Of a DNA stretch of 64,000 bases, positions 1 to 13,610 are shown in pieces. The notes beneath the pieces were generated by a model. That model was not told the origin of the DNA and did no database searches. It was given only the letters and a program-made list of their open reading frames with translations. The position numbers and the translations under genes were made by a program. The stretch is from Octopus sinensis (Eukaryota), in NCBI RefSeq assembly GCF_006345805.1, contig NC_043013.1:26536001-26600000 (forward strand), read 5' to 3'. Position 1 is the first letter of the stretch. The number at the start of each line of letters is the position of its first letter.

Positions 1-213
1 ACATGAAAACCAAATTGCCTAACACAATAATAGGAAATACATTCCAAATACACACATATATAGTTGTAATATTTTTATATCCTTTTTCCAGTACTAGTGT
101 AAAATGCTGCTGTGTAGAGGATTTCTTTGAATGTAGGGTTATTAATAATTATCTTTCTCTCTCTCTCTGTTTCCTTATTATGTGTAACATTGGAAATTTT
201 ATATTTCCCACAT

Positions 214-790
214 CATAATCTGTTAGCGTCCGTTGTCCATGCTGGCATGGGTTGGACGGTTTAACCAGGGCTGGTAAGCTAGAAGGCAGCACCTGATTCC
301 AGTCTGATTTGGCATGGTTTTCTACGGCTGGAAGCCCTTCCTAACGCTAACCACTCTGAGAGTATAATGAGTGTTTTTACGTGTCACTGGCACGGGTGCC
401 ATTTACGTGACATCAGTATCTGCCACATCTGTGATTTTGCTTGGCTTGATAGATCTTCTCAAGGTCTCGGTCATTGCCTTCATGAGTCCCAAAGCTTGAA
501 AGAAACTAAGCCACTTTGCCTCTGTGAGGCCCAATTCTGAAACGGTGCTCTTTATGTGCCACTGGCATGGGTGCCAGTTAGATGACACCAACATCAGCCT
601 TGACTACGAATTCACTTGACTTGACGGGTCTTCTCAAGCACAGCATATTGCCAAAGGTCTCAGTCACTAGTCATTGCCTCTGTAAGGCTCAAAGTTCAAA
701 GGTCATGCTTCACCACTTTATCTCATGTCTTCCTGGGTTTACCTAAACCACAGGTTCCCTCCACAGTTAGAGATCAGCACTTCTTTACAC
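214..790 (-). mobile_element. SINE/LINE-tail-type repeat (family with catcatcat...tttccatgct(a/g)gcatgggttgga end)
   Basis: Same motif recurs at ~2930, 11590, 14400, 18555, 18920, 23700, 27440, 41870, 56060, 59130 and 60590 in both orientations. Confidence 0.7.
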
Positions 791-827
791 AGCTGTCCTC
801 ATCCATATGCACCACACACACACACAC

Positions 828-893
<66 letters not shown>

Positions 894-1419
894 CTGACTT
901 GCCAGTTGAAGGTAGTGTATGAGTGTCCAGTGAGCAAACAGAAATAAAAAAAAGATATACACACACATACATGTGTGTGAGTGAGTGTGTGAAGTGTGAT
1001 AAGTGCTGATGCATGAAAGTCTAGGCTCTTGAGTCATTCTGTAACTTCTGCTGACTAATGAGTTCTCTTTCCTTGTTTGAATCACCAAGCACACACATAT
1101 ATACATATATGTATGTTTGTATGTATAGAGTGTTTGAAGTGATGTACAGATATTGTATATTGAGAAAAAGGAAGCAGTCAGAATTTTGGATAATTCTTTA
1201 TTGGAGCTTTCGTACACTTAACTGAACTCTAAGAAATAAATTAAAACGAAAATGATGAAAACAGAACGTTTCCTTGTGAATTGGATGTGTTTGTGTTTTG
1301 TTTAGAAGAAGAGAAAATTTTGTTCTTTGGAGAAAAGGAGAAAGAGAGGGAGGTAGGGAAAAGGACAATTAAGAAAGAGGAAGAAAAGGGTGGAGGAGAA
1401 CAGAGAGAGAGAGGAAGGT

Positions 1420-2190
1420 TTCTCAGCCAAGTTCCTCAATCTTTTGTGACATGATCTTTGCAATATGGGGTCTTGCATTGTCCTGATGAAACACCACTCC
1501 CTTTTGATTCACTAAAGCAGGGTTTTTTTTTCTTCAAAGCAGCATTCAGATGCTCTAATTACTGACAATAGATTTGAGCATTGATTGTTGCATTAGTTGG
1601 TAGCAACTCTAATTGAATGACTCCTTTCCAATCCCACCCAACAGAGAGAAGAACCTTCTTTGTATGGAGTTCCCTTTTCAGTTGTGGTTGGACCTTTTCT
1701 CTTTAACCTTGCCAATGTCTACAATGCTTAACATTCTGTCCAAAAAGAGTGAGATGAGTTCACAAGAACAAAGAGAAGAGCAGATGTCCACTTGGGATTT
1801 GTGGTTGGCTTCAGACAAATCATGAGGCACTCATTTTCCATGTTTTGGGACCTTTCCAAGCTATTGAAGATGGCAGTGAACAGTTGCATGGCTTGAACAA
1901 AGCTTTCTTGCCAATTCTTCAACTGAAACTGCATGATCTTTTTCAAGTTCTGCCAAAAGGAGTTTGTCATCAAACTCAGTTGGACATCTTGTTCAAGCCT
2001 CCTCTTCAAAGCTGAAATCTCCACTTCTGAATTTTACAAATCATCTTCTGCAAGTTCTTTCATTCAGGCACTTTTCTCATGAGCTGAATGAATATTTCGA
2101 GTCGCTTCAGCTGAAGAGTTCCCTTTTTTAAATTCATAAAGCATTATGTGCCTCAAATGCTTCTTAGATACTCCTATGTTTGAAGAGCTA
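1420..2190 (-). pseudogene. Decayed Tc1/mariner transposase
   Basis: Minus-strand frames give HLRHIMLYEFKKGNSSAEATRNI, GKWVPHDLSE and GVVFHQDNARPH, which are mariner motifs; frameshifted. Confidence 0.85.
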
Positions 2191-2245
2191 TAAGTAATGA
2201 AATTTCAATTAGATGATTCAGCAAAATGTAATTTAATTAGTTTAA

Positions 2246-2466
2246 CCCTTTAGTGTTCGCATTATTCTGCCAAAATTAATGCTTTTTCATCCACATTGTT
2301 TTGAACTAATCATGCATTATCTTGTTGCTATGAGATTTTGATGAGGTAGCTGTTAATTTTTAAAACGATATTGTAGGGTTGGTGTGAGAGACCAGATCTG
2401 CTCAGTTTGAACATAAAACAGGCAGAATACTTTTGGCCGGATATGGCCGGTATAAATGTTAAAGGG
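2246..2466. mobile_element. piggyBac-type MITE
   Basis: TTAA|CCCTTTA...TAAAGGG|TTAA termini; related degraded copy at ~10890-11090. Confidence 0.7.
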
Positions 2467-3086
2467 TTAAATATGTCCAAATACATATAAATATTACTTG
2501 CTACCATTAGACTTTTTAAAATACTCTTAAAGTGTTGTTTTATATTTGCATTTCTATTAGAATTTGCAGTACTTCACTTGATCATAGACCAGTGATAAAA
2601 TTGTGTAATACGAGCGGCATTGTTTATATTTATTTATTCAGAGCGGAGTTTTGCAATATGCAGTTGTTAATCTCAACAATAAAAGAGTAGATTTATATAG
2701 AAGTCTGAACCTTACTTATGGGGTGACTTGATATATATATATATGTATAAATGTGTGTGCCTTTGTGTTTGTATGTGTCCTCCACTACTGCTTGATTACT
2801 GGTGTTGGTGTGTTTACATCCCCGAAACTTAGTGGTTCACCAAAAAAAAGTACCAAGCTTAAAACAAAAGTCCTGGGTGTCGATTAATTTGACTAAAAAA
2901 TTCTTCAAGGCAGTACCCCAGCATGGTCAACATCTGCTGAGTGGTTGGTGTTAGGAAGGGCATCCAGTTGTAAAAATCCTGCCAAAACAGTCACAGAAAT
3001 CTCGTGCCCGCTTTGACCTGGCTGGCTCTTGTGGTACCATCCCACCCATGCTAGCATGGAAGGATGACGTTAAGCAATGATGATGA

Positions 3087-3124
<38 letters not shown>

Positions 3125-3177
3125 CCAAGAGAGAGGATAGAGATAAAATAAATAAAAATTTATTAATATATTGAAAG

Positions 3178-3276
3178 ACCTACAAGTGTTTCAATTCATC
3201 ACTTATAGTATACAATCAATTTAATTTAATTTAATCAGTTTAGTTAATTATTATTAGCCAGAATATCATCAGGGAA
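3178..3276 (-). ncRNA. Degenerate type I hammerhead ribozyme-like motif
   Basis: Minus strand CTGATGA-TATTC...GAATT-GAAA-CACTTGT-A; helix I only ~2 bp and first stem II pair mismatched. Confidence 0.35.
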
Positions 3277-3332
3277 GAACATACAAAGAAATTTATATAT
3301 ATGATATTGAAAACATAATGAAAACATTAAAT

Positions 3333-3967
3333 GGATCTTTACCTTTTGACCTACAGATTTAAAAAATAATTTTTTGTAACTAAACACTTTCAAACTTTGG
3401 ACTTTGGTAGAATATGTCATATAAAAACATCTTTTACTCTTAGCATTTTTGAGAAAAACTTATATTTACAAAGTTATTTTACATTAAAGAGGTTGTATTT
3501 TGGTAATTTCAACCAATCAATGACGTGTATTCTGCTGAATAAACTTACTGCTGTTGTTTGTCAACAACAACTATCGGCGGTGTATTTTTTGTTTGTCACT
3601 GTTATTTATGACATTGTTCGTGAGTTTGTACTGGTTTTAAGGTTTTAGGGTTAGGGTTGGGGTTTTAGAGTTAGGCTTAGGGTTGTCATAAATAACAGTG
3701 ACAAACGAAATATACACTGCCAGAAGTTCTTGTTGACAAACAACAGCAGTAATTTTATTCAGCTGAATACACGTCATTGATTGGTTGAAATTACCGAAAT
3801 ACAACCTCTTTAATGTAAAATAACTTCGTAAATATACGTTTTTCTCAAAAATGCTAAGAGTATAAGATGTTTTATGTGACACATTCTACCAGTGTCCGAA
3901 GTTTAAAAGTGTTTAGTTACAAAAAATTATTTTTTAAATCTGTAGGTCAAAAGGTAAATAAAGATCC
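3333..3967. mobile_element. Fold-back MITE with ~280-bp inverted arms and TTAGGG-like spacer
   Basis: ggatctttaccttttgacctacag... mirrored by ...ctgtaggtcaaaaggtaaataaagatcc; spacer ~3612-3670 contains ttagggttagggttggggtttt. Confidence 0.85.
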
Positions 3968-4085
3968 CATTAAATAATCAAACAGGAAAAGTACAGTCTA
4001 CCAATAAAATTAATACAGAAAATAAAAATATATACAGTTATAAAAATAGTTATTGTCATAAATTAATATAAATAACAATAATGAA

Positions 4086-4505
4086 ATCTTTTCGGTTTGA
4101 ACGGCAGTTTTTTAAAACAATTTCCACATAACTAAACACTTTTAAACTTGGTATACTGGTAGAATGTTTATAAATTATCTTTTTGTTTTGGCTTTATTGA
4201 GAAAATTCTATTGTTTGTAAGATATTTGTTGTGTTTTTTCTTCAATTTCTGCAATTTCAACCAATCAATGACGTCTATTGAGGTAAAAAAAAAAACATTC
4301 TGTGCCGTATGAATATGTCCCTCGTTTAAGAAACAGATTGGGCTTATTTACATTTGTGAAGAAAAAAAGATACCCTTCCCCCGCCCCTAACCCCAACTGA
4401 CCCTAAAACAGATTGAAATGCAATAGATCGATACTAGGGTCATAATTATGGGTGACAATTTCATATGACACCGCTAGAAAAAACTGCCGTTCAAACGGAA
4501 AAGAT
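4086..4505. mobile_element. Related MITE with ~27-bp TIRs
   Basis: atcttttcggtttgaacggcagttttt / aaaaactgccgttcaaacggaaaagat; shares taactaaacact and caaccaatcaatgacgt blocks with 3333-3967; internal cccctaacccc. Confidence 0.75.
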
Positions 4506-4899
4506 CCCAATAATGTTAATGAAGACATACCCATGCAAAAATACCGATCAATATCAATATCAACACCTAACGCCGATGGTCACCAGTGCTGCTTTGTTTA
4601 TGCTCCCGCTCGTAATCCAGCGGTTCGGCAAAAAATTCGATAAAATAAGTATCAGGTTTTTTAAAAAAACCATATTCGTTCGACTAAAACCCTTCAAGGC
4701 GATGTCCCAGCATGGCCGCAGCCCAATAAATGAAACAAGTGAAAGATAAATAAAAGAATAGTTATGGCCAATACAATTTATATAATGGCAATACACGTAA
4801 GCAGGATACGAAGAAATCAAGTATTATAAATTGTATTCGATAAAACAATAAAATAAAACATTAAATCCTGTTATGAATGCTTCTCGTAGCTTTTATTAG

Positions 4900-7200
4900 G
4901 GATTAAAACAACAAAAAGAAAAGGTTTAACTAGGACATTTTAACTGTTGCTTGACATCCTGCTTCTTGACTAACTTACGTGGAATCAAAATTCACTGAGG
5001 TGGCATTCGCATTCATACCTCACAACAACAACTAGCGAATGTTGTTTCCGTGTCATGATAGTAGTGTTGACTCAGGTTTTTTCTGACATAAAAGTAAACG
5101 TTTAATTTTGTACTTTTTACGAATAATATAATTTCTAATGTAATAATGATTAGTGATTGTTTTCCACATTTTAATTTTTAATATAAAAAAATACATATCT
5201 ATTTATGTGGATATTTTACAAAATATTAATCTCCACTCTTATGATTATTATTATCATATCAAGATTAAATATGATCTATTTAAAGTTGTTTATTTTTGGA
5301 ATACATGATTGTGTTTCAGAATGTTTTGGTTTTTTTTTCTACATCACAAATGTTTTTCTTTTAACACTTATAGAAAAAGTTGTTCGTTTGAAGTCCAGTG
5401 TCAGAAACTCCACGTGGTATATACTATCCTTCTTCACTGTATCGAGTCAATCCACAAAGAAAACATAGCTGACAGTTTTTATTGTAAAAGCTTTCATTTA
5501 GAATCTTTGGTATGTATTAAGCATCGTTGCAGAACTGTTTTACTGCATTATTTAAATATTTTATTTATTTCTGTTGTTTATATTTGCATTTCTATTAGAA
5601 TCTGCTGTGCTTCACTTGATCATGGACCAGTTATAAAACTGCGTAATACGGGCGGCATTGTTTATATTTATTTATTCAGAGCGGAGTTTTGCAATATGCA
5701 GTTGTTCGTCTCAACGCTAAATGAGCATATCATATCTATGGTGAAGGGCGTTCCAGTCATGACCATCCCGTTCTTTCGGGTATTCCATATCTAGAACTAG
5801 ATTATAAAATGTGCCCCTCCCTTTTTCTATACGGTTTGGTATAATTTGAAGGTACTTTGGTTGTTATTTTTAGCAGTTGGTATAACTTGTTTCTACGAAA
5901 TTATTGATTTGCTGTATACCTCATAAAACTGTTCTGCTTTTTTCTTTTTTGCATATGTGTTTAAGCTAAAGATGAAAACAAACACCCCCCACCCCGACCA
6001 GTCTCTGCAAAGTCTTAATGTCGGTTATAGCCGTTGTTTATTTTCCTAGCGACTTAATTGGGACTCTACTACATACCGGATGTTTCGCTTGCTTTGAAAA
6101 AAAAATAAAACTAAATAAAAAAGTTCGTTACTGGGTCGAAGTTTACATATTTAAAACGACATTTCTGTTCGTAATTATTTTTTCAACTGTATTAATTACA
6201 AAACAACAAGAACAAAACATGAGTCAATACCAAAATAGCCCACACGTAATCAATGCAGTTGCTATGTCTATCTAATATTTATTTACTGTTATTGTTGAAA
6301 ATCAGCTTTACAAAATTGCAGTCATTGTATTTTTCTTTCCTATACAACGTATGCAAATGATTAAGAATCGTATTTTTCGTTGCTCATAAGAATATTGACC
6401 ACAATTTCATTTTGTTTTTTTCTTTACTTACGTCATTCATCTCGTATTTCGTTACGTGCATATTACATCTAAGCTATATAGTTTCTATCTGAAACCTGAT
6501 TATTGCTTATTTACTTGAAGCATCGAATTAAAAAGCGATAAGCACTAGGTCAGGGATATAATGTACGAAAGCAAATGGACAAGAACAACAAAAATGAGTT
6601 GAATGTATTTATTCAAATACTCAAATCCTAACAACTGGGAAGACTGGCATTTTCTTCTAATTTTTTTTAAAGCAATTCAAAACACTTACAGCTGAGACAG
6701 TGCAACAGCTAAGCACCTTACAAGCATCATTTTCATTGAAGCGATTGAAGCCAGTGATGGAAAGAAAAAACAATTCAGTGATCCGGCCCTCCCCCGAACA
6801 TTTTGGATTGTTGAATAATGTATTTCACCAGCAAAATTACAATATTTCAGCACTAGCGCCATCACCTCCTCCGCCGTATCTAGGATGTGTGGTGAAGATG
6901 AAAAATCAATAATAATGACGTATCATAATTAGACATCTACCTTTAACACAAGGACAAAAGGTAAAGCCCATTGGGTCTCTCCTCGTCATCCCCGGACAAT
7001 CTTAGTGTTTCCTGAATGTTCCTCATGGCGAGGTCTCATTTATTTCATTATTTTTTCCTTCAAAATGATTGCATAGACTACCTATCTTCCAGGAGTGTTA
7101 AATTTAGAATCGTATCCATATAAGACTATATAATTTATTCGTAATCCACGCTGCATTGATACTCTAGGAATTATTATTAAGCCACAAACCTGAATTGTGC
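4900..7200 (-). promoter_or_regulatory. CpG-retaining, largely repeat-poor region with minus-strand splice donors; possible 5' end of a neighbouring gene
   Basis: GTAAGT donors on minus strand at 4978, 6431 and 6689; candidate 61-nt intron 6880-6940. Confidence 0.3.
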
Positions 7201-7521
7201 CCGGCATAATTTTGTTTACATTTTAATAAATACATATGTGCAAAGCTATGGCCTACATTTTAGAACATATATCACTTTTGTTTAGTTTTATTCTTCCATT
7301 TGTATTTTGAATTAGTTTTATAGCCTCTCCTGTCTATACAACTTTTTCATTAATCACTACTTGTATCAAATTGTTGAATACGCCCTTGTATCATGGAAAG
7401 CGTGACTGAATAAGCAAAATGTAAATAGAAAAAAAAAATAACTACGAAACCAGTTTCAACGAGTGATATCGTCCTGGTTAAGGTTAATCTAGTATGTAGA
7501 TTTTTTTCGTTACTAATGGAA

Positions 7522-7567
<46 letters not shown>

Positions 7568-10500
7568 TTAGTAGGTCAAAAAGCCTGGCAATTTTCGCTT
7601 TTTGTTGTACGTTGCACCACTTTCAGTTTGCTCGTTAAGTGAAATATGTATCTGATAAAACCGATAGAAAAACATTTAAAGTCAAGTATTTCTAGGAAAC
7701 CTCTATGTTATTATCGCCCTGATTAATGTCAAATAGTTGTGCAATCGAAATATTTAGTCATGTAAAAAGACTGTAAGGTGCGGCCCGAATCAGATTTGGT
7801 TGCTATTTCTTGTTGATCGATCAACCACATAAAGATTCTCTTATTGACAAGTGTTGGATTTTGCCAGATTTAGCCTAGAGTGTTTGACCAAAAGTAAAAT
7901 CGTTTTTAACAAAAGACACACAATGAACACGATCTTTTATCAAAAGGTATGTACGTTCAAAACGAGGAAGTCTTCCTGTTACAGTATTAAAAGAACTGGA
8001 ATTTGATAATGAAAGTCAAACTAGATTAGACTTGCAGGTTCTATGCAGTCGTTTGATCTGCTAAAAACTAGCAACCAAATATCTCTGAGCGCACCCTTCC
8101 TTAGAAATGTTGAAGGATTAAATATCTTTAAAAGGCATATTCATAACTAGAACACCTTTTATAATTTTGTTTAAGTGGGTGGCCTGGAGCTAAGCAACAA
8201 CCAGAACTATTAATTAACCTTGTATTTTATTTAAATAGGTTTCTAACAATATAATTGATGTAATAAGATCTTAGTGCCACTGCTAGTTCTAATTACCTGT
8301 TTCATTGTACAAAGAATAAAACCAAATCAAAAACAAAATGTTTGCAGAGCCAATGTTTCTCAACTATTTGCAATTACCCCTCCCCTCCAAAGTTAAATCC
8401 AGACTAGCTAGTAACAAAGGGGTCTTTACATCTTATTCAGCCTGCTAAAAGTAGCAGTCACACCTTAATGTCTTATACAAGAACAGGACTCATTGGGTAA
8501 TGTAATTCTATATATTCTTTAAAAGTACTAGTTGGTCATGGCTGGAATGCCTTCAGTTCTAGGTTTTATCAACCAGGATTGATCTGAGGTTAACAACACA
8601 CACTACTGTTACACAGGAAATTTTGATTTGATAAACGTTCAGTTTATGTTATCTGTTTCTAAATTTTTGTAAACTGTGTACAACTGAAAACGTCAGCTGT
8701 ACACCAATTAAAAACAAAACAAAACAAAGCAATAAAACTAGGTTAGATTGTGTGTCAAACCATTACTGTGTTCAGAATATATTTAGTTTGTGTTATACAA
8801 ATAAATGGTCAGGTAGTTGAGCCACCAGTTCCAGATTTATTTTTTTGTAAGGCACATGAAACCACAAAATTGGAGAAATGGGATGCAGTCATTTACATGG
8901 ACTTTGGTACTTTACTGCTGTTTATTTTTGATTCTTTGAAGGTTGTAAAGTTAAGTTGACCTTGGCAGGATTTGAACACAGAACCTTAGAAATGATGTCA
9001 TTAACAGCTAGGAGGTATTCTGATCGATGCTTTACTGATTTTACCAATTCATGGATGTGCTTCTTTGCAATAATATTATTATTATTAAAATAAAAATAAT
9101 AGAGTTGATATGTTCTGACAATATCCCATGCCAAGAAGAGTTTTTTGTATTTAATCTGAGCTAAGTTGTTGCACACTGTTATCTTAATAAAAGAGTATTG
9201 ACAAATTTAGAAGTGTGAGTTAATAGTTTTGGGCTCTCACAATCTGTTTAGAAATATGTTGCATTGGGGGAATGGCAAATAATAATATACTAACTGCATA
9301 ATGTGTCCATCAAGTGGAACAAATAGCTTTGTAATTTGTCATTGAGGAAGTTTCATGTGTGCTCAACAAGTCTTGAGCTAAATCTCTTACAATAAGATTG
9401 CTACCAAGTTTATAAATAATAGCTTGAGATAATATACCACCTACAGTAAAGCCTATGTCTCTATGGTTAGAATGATGATCACTCACTGAAACTGAAGTAA
9501 AACTCATATATGAGGCAATACCTATCTATCTAGAATTTACTGGATTTGTTGATTGTTCTTTTGTGTTCAATTGCCTGCATTCGTGCTATGGGCATACTTT
9601 GACAGGAAACTTAGTAGGAATTAACCCTGGTTAATCCTCAACAGCAGTTACATTGCATACTTATCATAAAATATATTAAAAGAGAAGAGAACCTTAGTGA
9701 TTGTTTGTAAAATAGTAAAATGCTTAATCTAAATTTGTTGTTATCCCTGCAATTTTTCCACTGCTCAAATGATTCTGCTAATCCCACTGTCTTCTGTTTC
9801 ACAACAAAAGAGCAGTGTAAACAAATGATGAGTAAATCTAAACATGAATTCATTTACAATATGCGTCTTTCTTTTCAACTGTCACATGAAAATATTTTTC
9901 AATAGTATTTAGGACAACTAATTTTTTACTATCATGTCAATTATTAGTTTTTTTTTTTTTTCTTCTTTATATTCCGACGCAAAATAACAAACCTCCAATG
10001 ACAATATTTGTTGACGTAATAATAATATTGATAATAAACCTTTCTACTATAGGCACAAAGCCTGGAATTTTGGGGGAGGGGGTGGCCAGTTACATCAACC
10101 CCACTGGTATCTGACTGGTTCTTATTTTATCAACCCTGAAAGGAAAAAAGAATGAAAGCTTGATGGAATTTGAACAGAGAATGTAAAGACGGATGAAATG
10201 CTGCTAAGCATTTTGCCCACCATATTCTGTCACATTGCTGCTTTGTAATTTACAATGAGAGTAAATTTTGTGTTCTCTGCTTTCAGGATTACAAATAAAT
10301 AATTGAATGCATGTAAATGCAATGCTTCTCAAATTGGCAAATATTAGGCTTTCCCCAATATTAATGAAATGGTTTTGCTGTCCATTCCATTCCTACTAAT
10401 AGAATTTGCATTTATATAATTCTTTCTTTGTCGTGGTTCTTGAACAAGTTTGAAAAGTTTATATTTAAACCCTGTTGTTACCATATTTTTATTGAAATAG

Positions 10501-13239
10501 ATTACATTTATTTCGAATAATTTTGAAAATAACGAATAAGTAAAATAACTTTGTTGTTATTAGGATTGTGTTTGGAACATAAATTGAAATTTTGATGGAA
10601 CATTTTAAAAGAGTAAGTTTGTATCATAGAACCAGTCTCAGACGGGTTGACATCAAAAGGGATAATATATAGTTTATCATTGGCAAGTCAGTTTGGTACC
10701 CAGAATTACAGATATAAGAAGCGGAATGGTGAAGTAGAAGATTGTTGTGAATGTATGGACGTAGATGCTATTGCTTCACCCTAGGTCATTACTGATCAAA
10801 CAGAGCCTATGATCAGAGAAATTTCAGCTGGAAGGATCTCATCTTTTTATATATATGAGAAAACATTATCCAATATTACTTTCATTATTTAACCTATTAG
10901 CATTCGGATTACTCTGTCAAATGTAATACTTATATATTCACATTGTTTTGAATTAATCATGTAGCTTCAATATTTCAATGATGTAATTGTATGTTTTTAG
11001 AATGACATTGCCGGATAAGTATGAGAGGCCAGGTCTGGCTAGTTTGGACATAAAACAATATATGGCTGATTTAAATGCTAAGGCAGTATGATTTGATGGA
11101 GATTTAGCTGCTGCTGCTTTTAGTAAGTCAGTTAACCATACAGAGGCTCACACGGACCTTGGTTATTGCAAAGTGGAGAATTGAACTGATGTCAGATTCC
11201 CAAGATTGCCAGAGGTCATAAAATGAAATTTAGAGAGATTTATTTAGAAATTAAAGAATTCTGAGAGGCCATTTGAACAATGAGCAGAGAATATCAATGT
11301 ACTTAATACATGAAGCATTAAAAAGCCAAAGCAGAGGGAAAAATAAATGAGCAAAGAAAAAGAAATTGATAGCAACTAAAATTGTTTCATAGATGTGTGG
11401 TTAAGAAGTTTGCTTTTATAACTGCATAGTTTTGGGTTCAATCTCTTGAAGGATGTGTCTTCTAACAGCCTTGGGTTGATCAATACCTTGCAAGTGTAAT
11501 TTAGTAGATAGAAATTGCATGGAAGCCTGTTGTGTGTTTTCATCATCTGACACAACACCCCTCCCCTCTCAAAGATTCCTTGTCTTGCAAAGTCACTTGG
11601 TGACCCTGCTAGTACAGGTGCCATTTAAAAAGCACTCAGCACATACTGTAAAGTGGTTGGCTCTTGGAAGGGCATCCAGCTGTAAAAACTGGCCTTGCCT
11701 GTGTGAGGACCACATAAAAAGTACTTAGACCACTCTACGGAGTGGTTGGTGTTAGGAAGGACATCCAGCTGTAAAAGCCATGCCAAAAAACACAGAAGCA
11801 TGGCACAGGCTCCTGCCTGGCTAATTCCTGTCAAACTGTCCTACCCATGCCACCATGGAAGGAGGACATCAAATGATGATGTGTGTGTTTAGGTGTTTAT
11901 TTCCTTGTCTTTATTTTGATATTGTTCTTTAATAGTGGTGGCTAAGTAAGACTCAGCATCACGAAGAGTTTTGGGCCATAGAAAAGTATCATGAGAAGAA
12001 CCAATGCAACCCATGCAGGCATAAAAATGATGAATGATGATAACTTTGTAGCAAACACAAGACATAACTCTCAATTTTTTTTCAGATTGCATCAGTTATG
12101 CTTAATTTTTTCCCCCCCAAGAAATTTTGACTGTGGTGCATTGTGGAATGTAAAATAAAGTAAAACAAATGGATATTGTTTATTGTACTTCAACTTTTTA
12201 ATGTTCGTTGTATTAGATATTTCACACAAATCTATCTACAGTTGAAGTATGGATTTGAACTCAAAACATTGTAGAACAACACTTAGTTCTAATTGTAATG
12301 AGCATAGCTGTATGGTTAAGAAATCTGCATTGTAATCATATGGTTTGACTTTGATTACATAGTGTGGCACCTTCTATTTGAAGCTCAGATTGACCAGTGT
12401 TTAGAGAGTGGAATTTGCTTGGCAGAAACTGTGCAAAAACCCATTGTGAGTGCATGTGTGTGTGTGTGTTTATGTTTACCTGTGCAAACTGGTATGTTAC
12501 GTTGAGTCTCTTTACAATTCTATAAAATGCAAGTAGCCCATTGAAAAACATAGTGGGATTGATATGATTAGCTAAAGCCCATTGGAGAGGGCTGTAGGGG
12601 GTTGTAGTCTGTCTGAAACAAATACATGGTCCATCACTGTTAGAGACTGGTTATGGTCAAGGCTTTAAGTATAAATGAGTTCTCATATTGCCAAAATCAA
12701 ATCCTAGTAGGATTTGAACTCAGTTTGTAAAGTGGTGACATGTTGGCTGCATAGGTATTTGTTTGTTGGTAATCAGTTAAGCTGCACGTTGCCTCATAAT
12801 AAACCAAATACTAGCAATTTTGTTGCCAGTAGTATAATGTAGTGTGCTAGAACCAAACATAGTTAGAATTACATTACCTACAAAAGAGCATCATGTAAGA
12901 GGTGGGAATGTTTGTCCATCCTGGTTGAAGAATTCCTTTTAATACGAGGCTGAACTTCAGCCAAGGGAAACTTGTCGAAGTAAGATCTTGTTGATTTCAA
13001 AGTGCTGCTCTTTGATCTGTTTAAATGTTATGTACTTATATATGACTACAAAAGCACAGGAACTTCATTGAATATTCTAATGATATGGGGAGATAATTTA
13101 ACAAGCTAAATGGCTGGTAATCAGGGCATGTCTCTTGACTCAGGTATAGACTGGGCTTAGCTACCAAAGCTATGAGCTTTTGATTCACTACAAGGGCAAA
13201 CTAAATACTGTCTCTGAGAGTTCACGTAACTTTTGAGTG

Positions 13240-13610
13240 AAGGGGTTAGCGAATTTAATTGAGAACTTAATTAGTACTTTATTTTGTGAACACCGTAAAG
13301 CTGAAAGACAGTTGATCTTGGTAGCATCTGAACTCAGAATATAAAGAGCTGAAAGAAATACCACAAAGCACTTAGTCTGACATTCTAATGATTCTGGCAG
13401 AAATGTTAGCACAACAGGTGAAATGCTTTGCGGTATTTCATCTTTCTTTACGTTCAGAGTTCAAATCCCACCAAGGTTGACTTTGCCTTTCATCCTCTCG
13501 GGGTTGATAAATTAAGTACCAGTTACATACTGGGTCGATCTCATTGCCCCCCCCCCCCAAAAAAAATTGGGGGCCTTGAGTAGAAAAGATTCTAATGATT
13601 CTACCAGCTA
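13240..13610. mobile_element. Head-to-head pair of tRNA-derived SINEs
   Basis: Minus copy ends near 13390; plus copy starts ctggcagaaatgttagc with B-box-like gagttcaaatccc. Confidence 0.7.

Noticed and set aside
9310-9507. 65-aa minus-strand ORF in unique-looking DNA
   Set aside because: No splice signals or recognisable motif
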